NCBI GenBank assembly: GCA_977030845.1
Contig: OZ365115.1
Coordinates: 8,122,001 to 8,186,000, forward strand
Source: Fimbriosthenelais zetlandica
Lineage: Eukaryota
DNA: 64,000 nucleotides
Direction of reading: 5' to 3'
Below the pieces are notes generated by a model that saw nothing but the letters and a program-made list of their open reading frames with translations, did no database searches and was not told where the DNA came from. Positions 50,804-64,000 of the stretch are shown one piece after another; position 1 is the first letter of the stretch, and every line of letters starts with the position of its first letter. Both the position numbers and the translations under genes were made by a program.

Positions 50804-53800
50804 GTTCAGTTGAAAATTTGAGACTTGAATGAAGGGAAATAGAAGCCTTAAAACAATATACAAATGAACAATTGAAACTGTATTGTCCAATACAGAATCC
50901 AATTCCAATTGTTGCAAGATTCCTTGGTTATCAATTTCAGAAATTTGCTGATTAGGAGAAATATCGTAGCTCTCTATAGGCCTTCCTAAAAAGCTCACGC
51001 AAGCTTGCAAGCCGATGACTGCATCCGAATAATATGCAGGGTGCTGGTGTTGGAATACCTGAGACTACTCTCATAATTCTATGACCTCTATCAACAGAGC
51101 TTTCCTAAAGTAATACATTAGGGACAGTATTCATAGAGAATGGTCGAGTTACATTGGTTCTTCCATCAAGGGGAACCGTCAAATTATATGCAGGTTTATA
51201 GACGAAACAGGCGTAGGCCCCTATCTTAATTCAGGTGCCCTTATTGGGCGTGTCGAACAGTAGTGATCACGTTCATATTAATTGTTTCCACCTGGTCCGA
51301 TTTGTGCCCTTCTTACAATAGTGGAACTAAACAAAGTGTTGCAAACTGTGAAAACCCAATTGGGTATATCTGGCCTAATAAATATCGACCGGAACTGTCG
51401 CTAAAGAATTGCAAAGGGAAGTTGCAAAAATCGCAAGGCAGATGTTCCTATAGTGGAGTTACATCTTCTTGATGAAAATTTAGGATTTTGCAATGGGGAG
51501 ATTGGAGTTTTATACGTTCCCTAAGGCAGGAACCAGCCAGGTGACAAAGACAGAAAGCAGCATTCAACATCTCTTGGGAGTTTTGAATACCAGTATTTGC
51601 CCCTGTCAGCACTGTGCAAATTTGACTCGTGCTGCATGAAAGTCATTGTGTTGAGCAGACTAATGTGGCGGCTTTTGATCAGCGTGGAATAGCTAGAAAT
51701 GATGCCTGGGTCGTGCTAATGTAAAGTGTTCCTATGAGAGAGGAATGAGAGTGGGGGACAGCATAATAAATTTATAGCCTATAGGGAGACAGGGACAGAG
51801 CTAGAGGCAATGAGATGAGAAAGGAAGAGTGAGTGAGATAGGATGGGGGATGATTTTTTACTATCATGCATAACGTTAGAATAATACTGTAAATATATAG
51901 ATACTGCTCATGTAATGCTTAAGTCTTTATAAGGAAATAATGAATTTTGTCATGGGTCCTCTCCCATGAATAATGTTTTAGGAAACTGATTTTTGAAAGA
52001 ATGGCTTTAATTGTAACAAGGTGGGCTACACATCGGAAGGTGGCGCCATTATATGCAAGATTGAAAATGGTTACCATGCCAACCAATGATGTGACTGGGG
52101 CGCCACTCAGCGATATATAAAAGAATCAAACTTGATATGGAATTCTAAGTTTTAACCTTTAATAATTATTTTTATAAATTAATATAGGACACTGGTTCAG
52201 ATACGCACATGCTGAATTAAAGAAAAACGGTAGCCAACAATACACATGAAAATGAACACATATTACATTTAATTCACTTTATTTTCCAAATTAAAATGTT
52301 TTGGGACTATCACATTATTCCAACATCTCCTTGATTTTGCGATTTTTATATCACATAATCATTCAATAATAATCTCTTTAATTAAATATACCAAAACCTA
52401 TTCGTAAACTTATATCTTGATCGTATCTAATACAAAAGGTGTTCAATAGCATAATAGTTCAACATCCTTGTCATTCATTTCAATAATTAGAAATAGAAAA
52501 TGATTTACTGTTGAAAGTGCTAGTTAACAATTGGTCGATAGTGCCAGTACCACACTGCTATAATGATTTTAGGAGTTTAGGGGCTTTCAAAGATCATAGG
52601 TTAAAAAACATTTAAAACATTATATAGAATATACAGACATGTGGTGCCATCGCAGCAACAAAACAAACGATAATAAAGAGACCTAGGATTCTCTCGCTTA
52701 TTGGTAACTAATCAGCTAAGATTTTTCAAAACACAATTTAAACCTGATTATGCATGTGCAGCCATTATTACAACACTTCCATCGTCATTCCGATCCACAG
52801 GTGACAATGAATGCCACAGAGCGATTCAACAATTATGCCAAATCTTTGTGACAGTCTTAAATTTCCCTAGTCATCCCATTATGGGACATTTTGATTTGAA
52901 CCCTGAATTTTTAAACAGGAAATGGAAATCCAGACTGCATAAACATGCCACAAAGCTTAAAATGAAGTCATGATTTCCTCCGAGTTGGGGTAGCTTTGCA
53001 ATACGGTAGCCTACAATTTAGTTTTATTTAGAGTCATGCGGTTGTTAAACTCCAACAATTCTCTATCACAAATCTCCACTTTATTGAGAAATTATAATGG
53101 TCAAAACCATAGTATTGCTTGTATTTATCAGTCATTGGACCTGATATAATACTTTGCTTGTGAAGTGCTCTATAACAACTAGTATGTATGCACAGCATAT
53201 GAATCTGGACGCAGGGGTCTAAACATATTAATGTAAGCTTATCTGCAAGTGCTGAACTGCACTATAATGCCTAGCATCACATTAATTATGACATAACAAG
53301 CAGTAAAATAATTTATGTGAACAATCTGTTGTTCAAGGTATTCAAAACCCCTTTGACAATTATTAACATGGAATCAGAGGGCGCGTATTATAGATTGTAG
53401 GCCCACTTGCTCGGTGCATTTAATTCCAAACATTAAACATTCAAAAACCCTGACAATTTGACCTTGCTGATTAGTTGAAGTAGGTCTCGCAAGCGAGTAG
53501 GCCAGCGATATCTTGTATTGAGTTTCGCATGCCCATACGCATGCATCATAGTCATTATATTGATGGTAAAAGCACAGCTTTAGATTCTCCACAGCAGCAA
53601 AATCTGACAGATATGGATGGATTTTCTACTTTGCACTTTCCCATTAATATTTTGATTTGGTCTATGAAATATGAGCCTCTTTTGCCTTTGTTTTACATTA
53701 TATGTGTGCACTTGATATGTGTATCATTCTTTTGCATGCCTGTCATTTGGAGGTTTAATTTTGAATTCCTTTCATTGAAATAATCCTATGAAATGCCTTG

Positions 53801-54160
53801 ATGGTTACTCTATTCAAATCTAAATATGTCAGTGAGGTGCTTTAATATTTTATGAACTATATCCTATATCGAATGTTAATCCCAAGTTGGCATGAAAGTG
53901 TGTGCCTGGTATTAATGATCTTCAAGATAAAATGTCAGCTATAATAATATAATGCACATACATGTAGCAAAAGCACCATTTAGATGTCCGAATCCGTTTC
54001 CTGTAATAATAGGCATTATACGTACGAAAGGGATAAATAGTATTGAACTAGCTGGATATGTAACATTGCGTGAGCAAAATATAGTCCATTATTGGTGAAA
54101 CATATTGGTTTTAACAAAAAACTGAAAAGCCAACATTACAATCTATAAGCTTACACTTTT

Positions 54161-56442
54161 CTACCTCTCGTTGGCCAGTCTAGCCATAGCATTATTTTGC
54201 TCTGTGTTAATACCTACAACTGCCACAGGGGCAGATATTTTGAGGTTACCCTCTCTGTCCATGGTTGCTTTAACGCTATAGGCATCAATAGGATGAGGCA
54301 GCACCATCTTTTCAATATACTGATGTATATGTGCCAGGTCACCCTCACCTTCTAGCTTGTAGCCTATAACTATCAACCTCTTGCCTCCACTTGTCGCTTT
54401 CACAGAGGTCCTATTGCGGATATACTGCGAACCAATAGGAACAATCAGTTTCAAGTCATGCGCACCATCCTCATGAGCGACAATCTCGAATTTCTTATTA
54501 GTGAAGATGTTTTTGCGCACATTGCCTTCTACGTCTAATGTGTCAGACAGGTTTAGAGCCCCAAGCTTCTCGGTATTGTCATTTTCAGCCTCCACATTTT
54601 CAGCTTTACCAGAAGCCTCAGGAGTTGAAGCGAGGATAGCCCTGGCTGATGAATTGTAGCCACAAGGCTGGCCAGGGTGTAGGTTACATGAGAAGCGGAC
54701 AGAGCCTTCTGTCACGGTAGATGAAGCAGTTTTGTCGTCCTTCAGTTTTTCCTGATCCCTCACTGTATCAGCACTGTTGACGGCAGTGCATTTATCCTCT
54801 TGGTCATAGTAAAGCACAGCGACGTCATCTCGGAAACGTGTCTTCTGTTTGGGACGTTTACGGGGTGAGCTGTTTTTTAAGGCTGAGCCAGGGGCAGAGG
54901 TGACAGATGATCTCCTGCTTCCACTCCTCTGCTCATCAAGTCTCAGCTCTTTATAGTCAAGCTTGTCGTAATAGTCAAATGAAGCGCTTTTCAGGATAGA
55001 TCCAGCACGCGAGCTCCCCCGCAAGACTTTGTCAATGAAGTCTTGGGTGGAGTTTCTGTTAGAATCTGATCGCTGTTGCTCAGTTTCAGAAGCAATACCC
55101 AAATCAGAATGATGTCTTTTCTCGAAAGGCCTCTCAAATTGTTCCCTGTCCATGTAATCTTCATCTGCTTCACTGTACCACATGAGGCGCTGAGAGAAAT
55201 ATTTTCGCCTCATATCAGCACCCTGAGTTCGTGAACGGCTAGCTGTGACTGAGGCAGGCTGGCGGTATATATTACGACTACCGCTATTACTATTAGAAGT
55301 GCCCTTGCTACCATTTGTTTGCGTTTTGATGGTTTTAGTTGAGCCTACAGGAGTGCCATTGGCTTTATTGCTGTCCTTGTTATTACCAAATAACCTGAGT
55401 GTTCGTTGTTTGATTCCACCTATACCTGAGTCGGAGGCGTCCTGATAGGCTGGGGTAGCATGGCCATGTTGACTCCCTCTGGATGATGAGAGGAAGTCCG
55501 GGAAGACTGAATTCCTTCCGATAGCCATGAAGCTTGCCATTTTCTCCTGATGCAGGTCACTGACACCTTCTACACCAGAGAAGGCTTTCCTCAGGGGCGA
55601 GGGGCTGCCTGGGGTGTAGACCAGGGGTCTATAGGCTGAGCTGGACCCAGGAGTAGGCCCGACCCTCCCACCACTGCCTGTAAACTGACCAGATTTGGCT
55701 AGGACCCTCTCAGTATATATGGATCGCACACCAGTTAGATCCCTATCAGTTGCCGGTAGATCAGTGCCACAGAAATTAGCTTTGGGGTCGTTGTTTTCAT
55801 AGAGTTGCAGGCTGCTGCGTTTGAGACTGCGACCACTGGGTGCCCGAGGATCATCAGCAGGGGAATCCCCTGACCAGCTGGATGTGTCACGTCTTCTTCT
55901 AACAACCTGAGGCGATGTTTTCTCCCCAGAACCTTTATCCAGCGAACTTCCAACCTGGGAATTCCTCACCTTTTCTGTCTCTGACAGTCCATGTCCTCGA
56001 TCTATGTTACTGAGGAGATCTTTACTGGTTACCGATGCTGGTGTAGTGGACAATGCAGTGGAACCTGAAATAGCCGGAGTCTTGTCTGTAGGCCTACTTG
56101 TATATTCACTGCTGTATTTTCTGGATGAAGAATACTGGGTGTTGTCTTTCCTTACTTCACTGTCATCAAATGCTGCCTTTCTGGAGGCCAACCTCGAGGC
56201 TGAGCTCCTGTCTGAGGTAGTTCTGCCAGGTCTTGTTTGATAGGCGAAGCTATGAGGGTAGTCCCGATCAGGGTTGTATGAGGTGGAGGAAGCAGAACCT
56301 TTGTAAGAGTAGATTTTACGCGCAGGTTCGCTTCCTGAGGACTTGTTGCTGACTGCTGGGGACTCTGATTTGGTGCCGATGCTCTCTGGAACTGGGCGCC
56401 TTTGTCCGAAAGACGTACCAAACTTCCTCCAGAAAGGGACTC
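54161..56442 (-). CDS. Terminal coding exon of a large low-complexity protein with a C-terminal alpha-crystallin/HSP20 domain
   Basis: Acceptor tttctttgcag| at 56443. The frame is open from the exon start (phase 1; VPFWRKFG..) for 759 codons to TAG 54161-63. C-terminal LKLIVPIG..TSVKAT..RLIVIG..YIEKMVLPHPIDAYSVKATMDREGNLKISAP (~54480-54224) fits the alpha-crystallin beta-sandwich. Upstream coding exon not identified. Confidence 0.88.
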
Positions 56443-58041
56443 CTGCAAAGAAAGGGAAATCAGATATTAGTGATAATTAGCACTTCCTATATTATCATAG
56501 CAACCTGCCTAATACAAGTCAACAAAGAGTTTAGCTTCCTATAGGCCTACTGCGTATGTATCAATCTATTATAATGGTCGGAACCTTTGGCTTGATTCTG
56601 TCATGAACAGCGGGGGTTGGAAAATAACTTCCATTAATAATGTACCAGCCGCCCACCTCTTTAACTGAGACATCATGTATAATGACACCCGTAACCCAAT
56701 GGCATTGTTTTTTGTGTTTGCCTCGATGTACGATGATTCTCGTAATTAATCTCCTGTCATCAAGTCTGAACAAAAACTGCTACCATGGCAACATGAGCCC
56801 TTCTACTGACGTCACACTATCTATCTTTACTGTTAACATGTTCACGTATCAAGAGTACTTTTGGTGCTTTTTGTTAGAAATAAGAAATGTCTCCTGTTAA
56901 TGTTTGAACCATCCCGTTAATAGGCCTATATATGCATTGTTTTCTGCAGCACACATCTATTCCACTTGACAGGTCTTTCTTTATACCATTGGTTTAAGCA
57001 GTGATTTATGTCATAATACCATTGCTTGTCTCTCACTGCTGCAAAAGCTTCTGGGGTGCTGCAGTAAGAGAGTGAGAGTGAAGAACAAGAAGATTGATTT
57101 TGCCTCAGGCATGACCGCCTCAGTTCCACTGAAACAGCAAAAGCTGGCAACTGACACAAAAGGCTAGAATACTGGCTTTTACTATACGTATAAATAGAAC
57201 ATTATGGAGGAAGAACCCCTGAGGGGGACTATTCTGTATATTACTTTAATATCTCACTTTATGTGCCAGATATTTCTCTTCACGAGTACGTGTGACTGTG
57301 ACTGCACTGTAATCTCGGTCTTGTCTTTGCTTTGTAATATTTTACGCCACATTCGCTGCAGTATTCATCTTTTATCAGCTCTTCTATTTTACGTACCACA
57401 TTTTTGCTCAGAATTTACAAGGGTAGAAAACTAAACTTGGTAGGTGGTTTCTGGAGTCCACTGTATGGTAATATATTTATGGGTGTGGCAAGTTTACTAA
57501 TCTCTTGGGGATTATCATAAAATGACAGTGACTAATATCGTGGATATGACCACAGAGGAGTTGACTGTATAAAGTTCAGTATTAAAAGTATCGATCGTTT
57601 CCAGATCGAGTTCTGTCATGTAATTTGGGGGACCGCAGGAGTCGCGGCTATCCAGATGCTAATTTCTTTGGTTGGAGGCTCTGTTTTCTTATACCATGTA
57701 CTGAATGGAAAAACGATTGGCCCATCAAGCCATTGATTGCGTCGGTAGAAACGAGGGATTAAGATATTCCAGGGGCTATTGCCCCACAGCCTTGGCGGTA
57801 GTAATCCCGGATGATGGGTTGTGGAGGCAAGTGGTGGAGGCAGAGGGATTACGATCCAGATATGTCATACAGCCGCTAACACTGGAGCCAGTAACTCAGC
57901 CATACCTGGCACAGGCCCCTGGATCCGCCACGTCCTCTCTTGGATCCTCTCCTATATAACCCTCCCCCAAGGTCATTTCCTCAATAGAACAAGCTAGCCC
58001 CAGCCTGCTTATATAGCTGGTCTGTTCGTTGGTCACCTTAC

Positions 58042-58085
58042 CTTGTGCACTGGTTTGCACTTAAAAGTTAGTACCAACTAGAGCC
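58042..58085 (-). other. Candidate 44-nt non-coding exon upstream of the HSP20-domain gene
   Basis: Acceptor tatatacag| and strong donor AAG|GTAAGG. No ATG, and stops in all frames. Confidence 0.35.
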
Positions 58086-59611
58086 CTGTATATATAGAAG
58101 TTATCATGCCATTATTCTGCTAAAAATGTCCATTCATCTTGATTTAAATTAATTTTTTATTATACTTTCCACCCTTGAGTGCAGTGAGTAGGCTTATGCA
58201 GCTAAAATACAATACATGAGTAACCAGAAGATTATTGGTTTCTCTTTTAATTTGCAATGTAGTAATTTAAAAAGGAAATTGTGTTCCACCATAATTATGA
58301 CACTTGCCCAAGTATTTCTTTTCAACATTGTGGCTGATATGGTGCTTTAAAGTCTTTTAAAGTAAATACTGAATGAACATCGTTATTTCATTTCTGTGCA
58401 TAGTAGGAACAAGGCCTGCAATGATGAAATCTCAATACAAGAGGAGACCACACAAATACAACATGTTCCCTCAAGTGGATAAGAGGCATTTTTTTTCATC
58501 TGTTGCTGTATTGAATCTTGATCAAGCTGCCTCCGATGGTTTTGCTCTAAAAAGCATGCACGTCCTTACAATACATGAAAGCTCGCCGCTGTTCTAGTTC
58601 CCACCTCATTATCTTCCTGGCTTAAAACTGCAGGATCAAAGGCTCTCTTGCCCACCAGTATTTTTCTCCTTCTGGCTGCTGAACCACCAGCTAATTGCCA
58701 AGTGTTTGGCCTTTTGTCCCATCCAAGCTCAACCTTCGTGTTCAGCTCCTTTTTACCTCCTAGTTGCTTCAGAAATGGTTATTCTAAGTCCCCTATCTTC
58801 CTGTATTTTCTATTCCCAAATGAACCGGGCCCTGATTTTTGTCCCCCTTCATCAGTGGTTGGTCATTGCTTTGGAGGCATTGTTCTTGCTTTGGTTGTAG
58901 GCCTCGAAATGTCCCCCCATTCTATTTTACTAGCTTGATTGATAAGTGCCCGTATGTTTCCTGTTACACGCACCATCGCCCTTCCGCTGGGAAGGAAGGC
59001 AAAAGGGGAATTTGAGTCTCGTTTCACGTCTCGTTCGCAGCACGTTGTTTCATCAAGTCCCCAGGCACGTTGCAGACCTTGACGTTGGCATGGCAACCAA
59101 GTGGAATCCACTGTATAAAGATCTAAAAGGGAAATATCGATCAAGCCACGTTCTGGAACCTGGACTTAACAACATCTTGGATATATCGAGGTGTGACAAT
59201 GACAAATAGAGTGTTGGAAAAAAGTCCATTTGTATTCATCTCGGATCTGTCGGATCAGAGAAACCAAGCGTCTTATTAAAACGAGTTATGTCTTGCAGGA
59301 AAATCTGCTGTTCCTGACTCTCACATGCTCCAGAATTCACGTTACACCAGTTACAGCAAAAAGCTGTTAGGAAAAGGGAAAATAAAATGCACCACTCTCA
59401 TATGAAATGGGGCCTACTCTTTTAAACAATGTGCTATATGACTGTCTAGTGTGTGTTGCTACTGAAATAAAAGGACTTAAAGATAGAATGTCGGGCACAA
59501 ACTACTGATCTACTTAAGTATAGAGACGACAGAGGTCGTCAGCAATCACGAAAGCTGCTCACTGAGAAGAGCACGATAATCAACGTTGTCATTTACTTCT
59601 GAAGGCAGTTG

Positions 59612-59636
59612 CCAAGGTCAAGGTCAAGGACGTCAG
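59612..59636 (+). promoter_or_regulatory. ERR/SF-1-type sites with adjacent CRE-like motif
   Basis: CCAAGGTCAAGGTCAAGGACGTCA: tandem AGGTCA (59615-59626), a perfect TCAAGGTCA, and GACGTCA. Confidence 0.3.
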
Positions 59637-62600
59637 TACTCCTTGTTTTTGCCTTCAAAAGGAGGAAGGTGTGTCTAAGTAAGGTTGTCCCCACCCTTCT
59701 TGTATTATGGCCGTTGCCTAAAGGCATAGAAGGTACAATGTGTGCTAATGGGGAAGTTGGGTAGTGGTTTCAAAAGTGCCATGTTCATTTACATTGTACA
59801 TTCAATATAGCTATGATTAGCCTACGGATGTGGATATGCCTTTGAGAAATTGATGTACAGCATGTTGTTAACTTTGGAACAATGAGAATGAATGTATCAA
59901 TCAATCAACTAAAAACACTAGAATAAGCACTGGGAAATATTGTTTGGATGCATTTAATTTTATTTTGGATCGTTCACTCAAGACCCAACAACATTAATGA
60001 ATCAAAAAGGCAATTCATTTTTTTGAATGTGAATAAATAAAATAGAATCAAACTACCAATTTGGTCCTAATGAACCAGAGGCGATCAAGAGTCCCGTTAA
60101 CGAGCATGATCAGCTCGGTAAATGAATAATCTTTTCTTGTGTTAATTTAATTTGAGTCATGCTATATGACAACCCTAGTAAATAGGAATTATCAACAGGT
60201 TACTCTTGCCTGATGTATATTCGTATGACTAAATGGACAAATATAATATTATGATCATCACAGAGATGGTCTGATGAATGCACTGATAGAACATTATTGA
60301 CAGTTTCCTTTCTTTGTCAAATGTTTATCTCGACCCGTATACATATTATGTTGTCCCCGCCCCCATAAACATGCTATGCTTTCTGTTCTTCTGTAAATCT
60401 ATTTTTTTACTTTCGGGCATTCAATAGTGCAATCTTTGCCTATAACGATAATATCATGTTAGCCAGACAGATGGTGTATACCCTGTGATAACCCAATAAC
60501 CAAGGACAAGTTTCTACGTTGAACACTATTGAGCTGTAGTATAAAGAGTTACTCCCTTGGTGCCCTAGATTTTGGTGAGGTATACTCCCACACACACATA
60601 CATGTACACAAATACATGACATAGGGAGAGGATGTGGAGATAAGCTTTCTCCAGGTGGGAATCAGGTGTGGTATGGGTTGCACAACAGAAGGAAGGCACA
60701 TTTCCAATACATACTGTGTTTCCCATTTAAACATATTTAGTGCTCTGCTCATGCACGAGAATGATGAGCATTTCAGGGGGTTTTGTACAAGATTTAAATA
60801 CCCCAGAATATGAAGAATATGAAAGGGTGGGAAATTCAGATGTGAGGGACGATAGAATAAATATCAGGTGTCCCTTAATTACAAGCGTCATAATATAAAT
60901 TTTAAAATCCATTTATACTGATATATCTCCATCCCAAACAGTTTAGACTGTAACAAACTATATTATATAATATGTAGGCTATACGTTCAGACCTGAAGGG
61001 TTACAAAATCTGTGTCCCGGAAATATTTTTCGTGACATGACTGTAACCATTAGTGACCAGGGCTGCATAGAATCTGACCAATGGTCATGGAGGTAAAAGG
61101 AACGTGAGGACGTGGTTGCAATTGAGATACATGGAAAATAGATCAATATATGCAAAAGTGGGTTAAGCATGGAAGGCAGTTGATGATTCATGCTCTTCTT
61201 TGAAGATTCAGACCACATGATAGCATCAGTTCGTGTGATATTCAGGTATCAATCTATATCAAATGCTTCCTGCGAGTATAGCCCAGTTTCTGAATGGGAA
61301 ATACTACTTAGTCCCGACTGATTCTACCATGGTAAAGGTGGATTGAAACATGTGACAGCAGAAACCAACTCCAAATACCTAATGTCAACCTATCAAAAGA
61401 GGGAATGATTTCTTTTTCATTCTCTATGGGAATGTTGCGTGCCAGGCAAATATTCTATAGAAGGCTGTCACCATTACCACCCAGGTTGGTCCACATGGTG
61501 CCACTTTGTGTTGGCCTCCACCTTGGGAAGTTGGGGGATGTTCTCATGAATGAATCATGGCCAAATGGAAGGACCTGGGAATATGAATGTACATGGATGC
61601 CTTCCCCTGAGTTGAATGTCAAGTGCTTGACATTCAATATGCACGAGGTGATGTGGTGAGGATTGTATAAAGGAGGCGTCTCAGTGGAGATGTATCAGGG
61701 GGATGTCCTCACAGGTAGACCATTCTGGATTTACTATCACCTGCATGCAGAAGCCAGAGATGGACTGGTAAATGTTGAATGAACTCCATAGTGAGAATAA
61801 CTGCAGCGGACAAGCTTTTAAATCCACAGCAATGATTATATTCCTATATAATTTCCTTCTGAATTCACAGAAACTGCTTAAATCTTGCAGTCAGTAATTA
61901 TATATTTGGTACAATTGTGCAAAAGAGAATCTGAAAAGAAAATCTGATAGACAGAACCCTGTATGCTATATTCTATGGGCTATGACTGCAGCAGGTCCCA
62001 GATATTATAGGACTTCCTAACAGGTTTTATAGACCCTTCCCTGCAGTTTTTATGAGGATCCCTAACAGTTATTATGAAGCCCATTGTCCATACACCTCTA
62101 TACATACAGCAGTGGCTACACAGACTGTCTATTCACCTGATTCAATCTATTAGCTCCAACCTCCGCAACATTTACCTTCAGTGATACACTGACCTTCATC
62201 CATTATACTCATGTCCCTTGACTTCAGTCACAAAAGCAAGAATAACAACAAGTGCCCACTGTTTGGGCTGACCACATGATGTAGGATGATGGATTGTACC
62301 TTTTCTGGTAATTCAGCACTGTCGACCACAGAGGCCTTGGTTTGAAAGGCTTTGGCCAGGACCTGTCATGCAGGAACTCTCGTCTATTAGTCTGCAGGGT
62401 GCCAGACTTCGAGAAAGATAAAGGGATAACAAAGAGCTGGTTTCTTTATTAGGCCTATATCATGACGACATAACATATAGGAAGAGATACAATGGATGTC
62501 AGTTTTATGCCCTTCTCTGAACCATCAAAACCTGTATTTCCTTGAAGGATATATATATATATATGTTACCTTAATGCCTAATGCCGGTGTCATAAAAATA

Positions 62601-62799
62601 TATCCTTATTACACCTAATGTTGGATTCTGTCATTATGGGCAGTGGATGACGCATGGCGTGAAAGATTTATATTAAGGCGTATTTCCAAAATGGCTTTCA
62701 CATCCTACTGTCATTCTCTCCCACTCCCCTTCGTTCTCACCGAGGGCAGATGAAAGTGTCCGGCGAAGACTTTTGAAGCAGTCATTTTGTTCAATTTTC

Positions 62800-62903
62800 T
62801 TTTTTGGGGGGGTCAGAAGGCTAGAAGCCCCCTCCCCCGTTTTTCACAGGGCTGAAGCCCCCACCCCGCCTCTTTACAATACCAAATCCTGGATCTGCCC
62901 CTG
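62800..62903 (+). mobile_element. 3' end of the CAGGGGCAGATCCAG-family non-autonomous element
   Basis: G-run/C-run body ending CTGGATCTGCCCCTG, complementary to 39006-39020. Confidence 0.5.
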
Positions 62904-64000
62904 TAGTGCCCGCCCTGGCATGCATGATGCACATTGCTGGCTTCCGGTCCACACAACCAACATAGGAAACTGTCCCTGTACCGTCTTCCATACATTATTC
63001 ACTGCCATATCCCCACACTTCACTGGGGAAGCAACCCACTACAAAGCCGAATGTAACTGGCCTTAGGTTACTGGAGTGTAAATTCAGATCACGGCAGCTC
63101 ATATAACATCGATCCAGCCAGGAAGGAGTGTTGGTATATTGGCAAAATATTCCCATATCAAAGCCGTCTAAAACCTCCCATCCTTGGGCAAGTCTTCCAC
63201 GAATTCCAACTCTAGCCGCAGTGTCAATATTTCCCCCTCTTTTGAAGAGGATCTGTCTTGCTTTCCCGGACAAGGAATCAACATGAAATCATGCGGTATC
63301 AGATTGGGGAATGTTGAAGGGTTAGACAGAATCTGGAGGAAATTCTTTCCAGATATGTCATGCATGGGGAAACTATCATCTGAATTGATGAAAACCTACA
63401 CTACCATGTAGAGATATTCAGGATAAATTAAACTTTAAAAAAAATCAGAAATGAAGATGATAACGTTCTCTCCAATATTAATTAAATTTTAAAGGTTACT
63501 CATGAATATTATGCAGCTTATAAGTAAGTAAAGGTAGATCTATATATGTGACTTATCTTGTTTACTTCACGGAACCTTTTACAAGTGTCACATTTCAGGA
63601 CCTTGTCAGGTGATGTGTCAAGCTAACAGGCCGGCCTGTCAGACGCTCCCAATAGCAGGGGATTTTATTACAAGGCCATGAAGGCATTCTCAGAAATGCA
63701 ACTATCATATATGTCATGCTGGCGCAAAAACAAGTCATATGCAATAAACAAGTCTTCATATGAAGCCTTTGTGTTTTTCAAAGACAAGGAACAGGCCTCA
63801 AGTCCATGCAGACAGATCCCTTAAAAGATTTTATACCAGTGTGTACACAAATGTAAGCTCTACTTCAAAATCTTGTGCAAATGAACCAGGGGTATATCTG
63901 GCAGATATAAAAAAGTAAATAAATGAGTCAAACTAATGAAGACCCCTCCCATCCCTGACCACATTTCCCATTTTCAAGTCCATGGGAGAGAGCTGTGGGT

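Noticed and set aside
54991-56448. Several short alternative-frame or antisense ORFs
   Set aside because: All overlap the 759-codon HSP20-domain exon.
58600-63430. Stop-interrupted protein-like frames (~58860-59360 minus, ~60980-61800 plus, ~63107-63430 plus)
   Set aside because: They might be decayed coding relics, but I could not recognise any family or consistent splice frame; a frameshift-tolerant homology search would be needed.

Overview
Intron-rich, AT-rich animal genomic DNA, probably from an invertebrate; the taxon cannot be fixed from sequence alone. Four protein-coding genes are supported. (1) The first coding exon of a tetraspanin (minus, 1172-1056) with an unusual GYGRG/RGG N-terminal tail; the gene continues beyond the left edge. 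(2) A complete POLR2L/RPB10 gene (plus, CDS 48500-48594 + 48960-49068). (3) A class A peptide-receptor-like GPCR (minus, ~50803-49646), convergent with POLR2L. (4) A 2.28-kb terminal coding exon (minus, 56442-54161) encoding a long low-complexity region that ends in an alpha-crystallin (HSP20) domain. I found no intact gene in 1195-47712. It may be the 5' intron region of the tetraspanin, transcribed from a promoter shared head-to-head with POLR2L. This interval holds a 4.2-kb CACTA/CMC-type DNA transposon with a decayed spliced accessory gene, a tRNA-derived SINE, a second SINE fragment, MITE-like remnants, a ~500-bp local duplication, minisatellites and motif clusters (3x MEF2, a perfect DR4). 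The palindrome TAGGCCTA occurs 13 times. Most short ORFs in the supplied track look spurious. No database search was run; family assignments rest on motif recognition.
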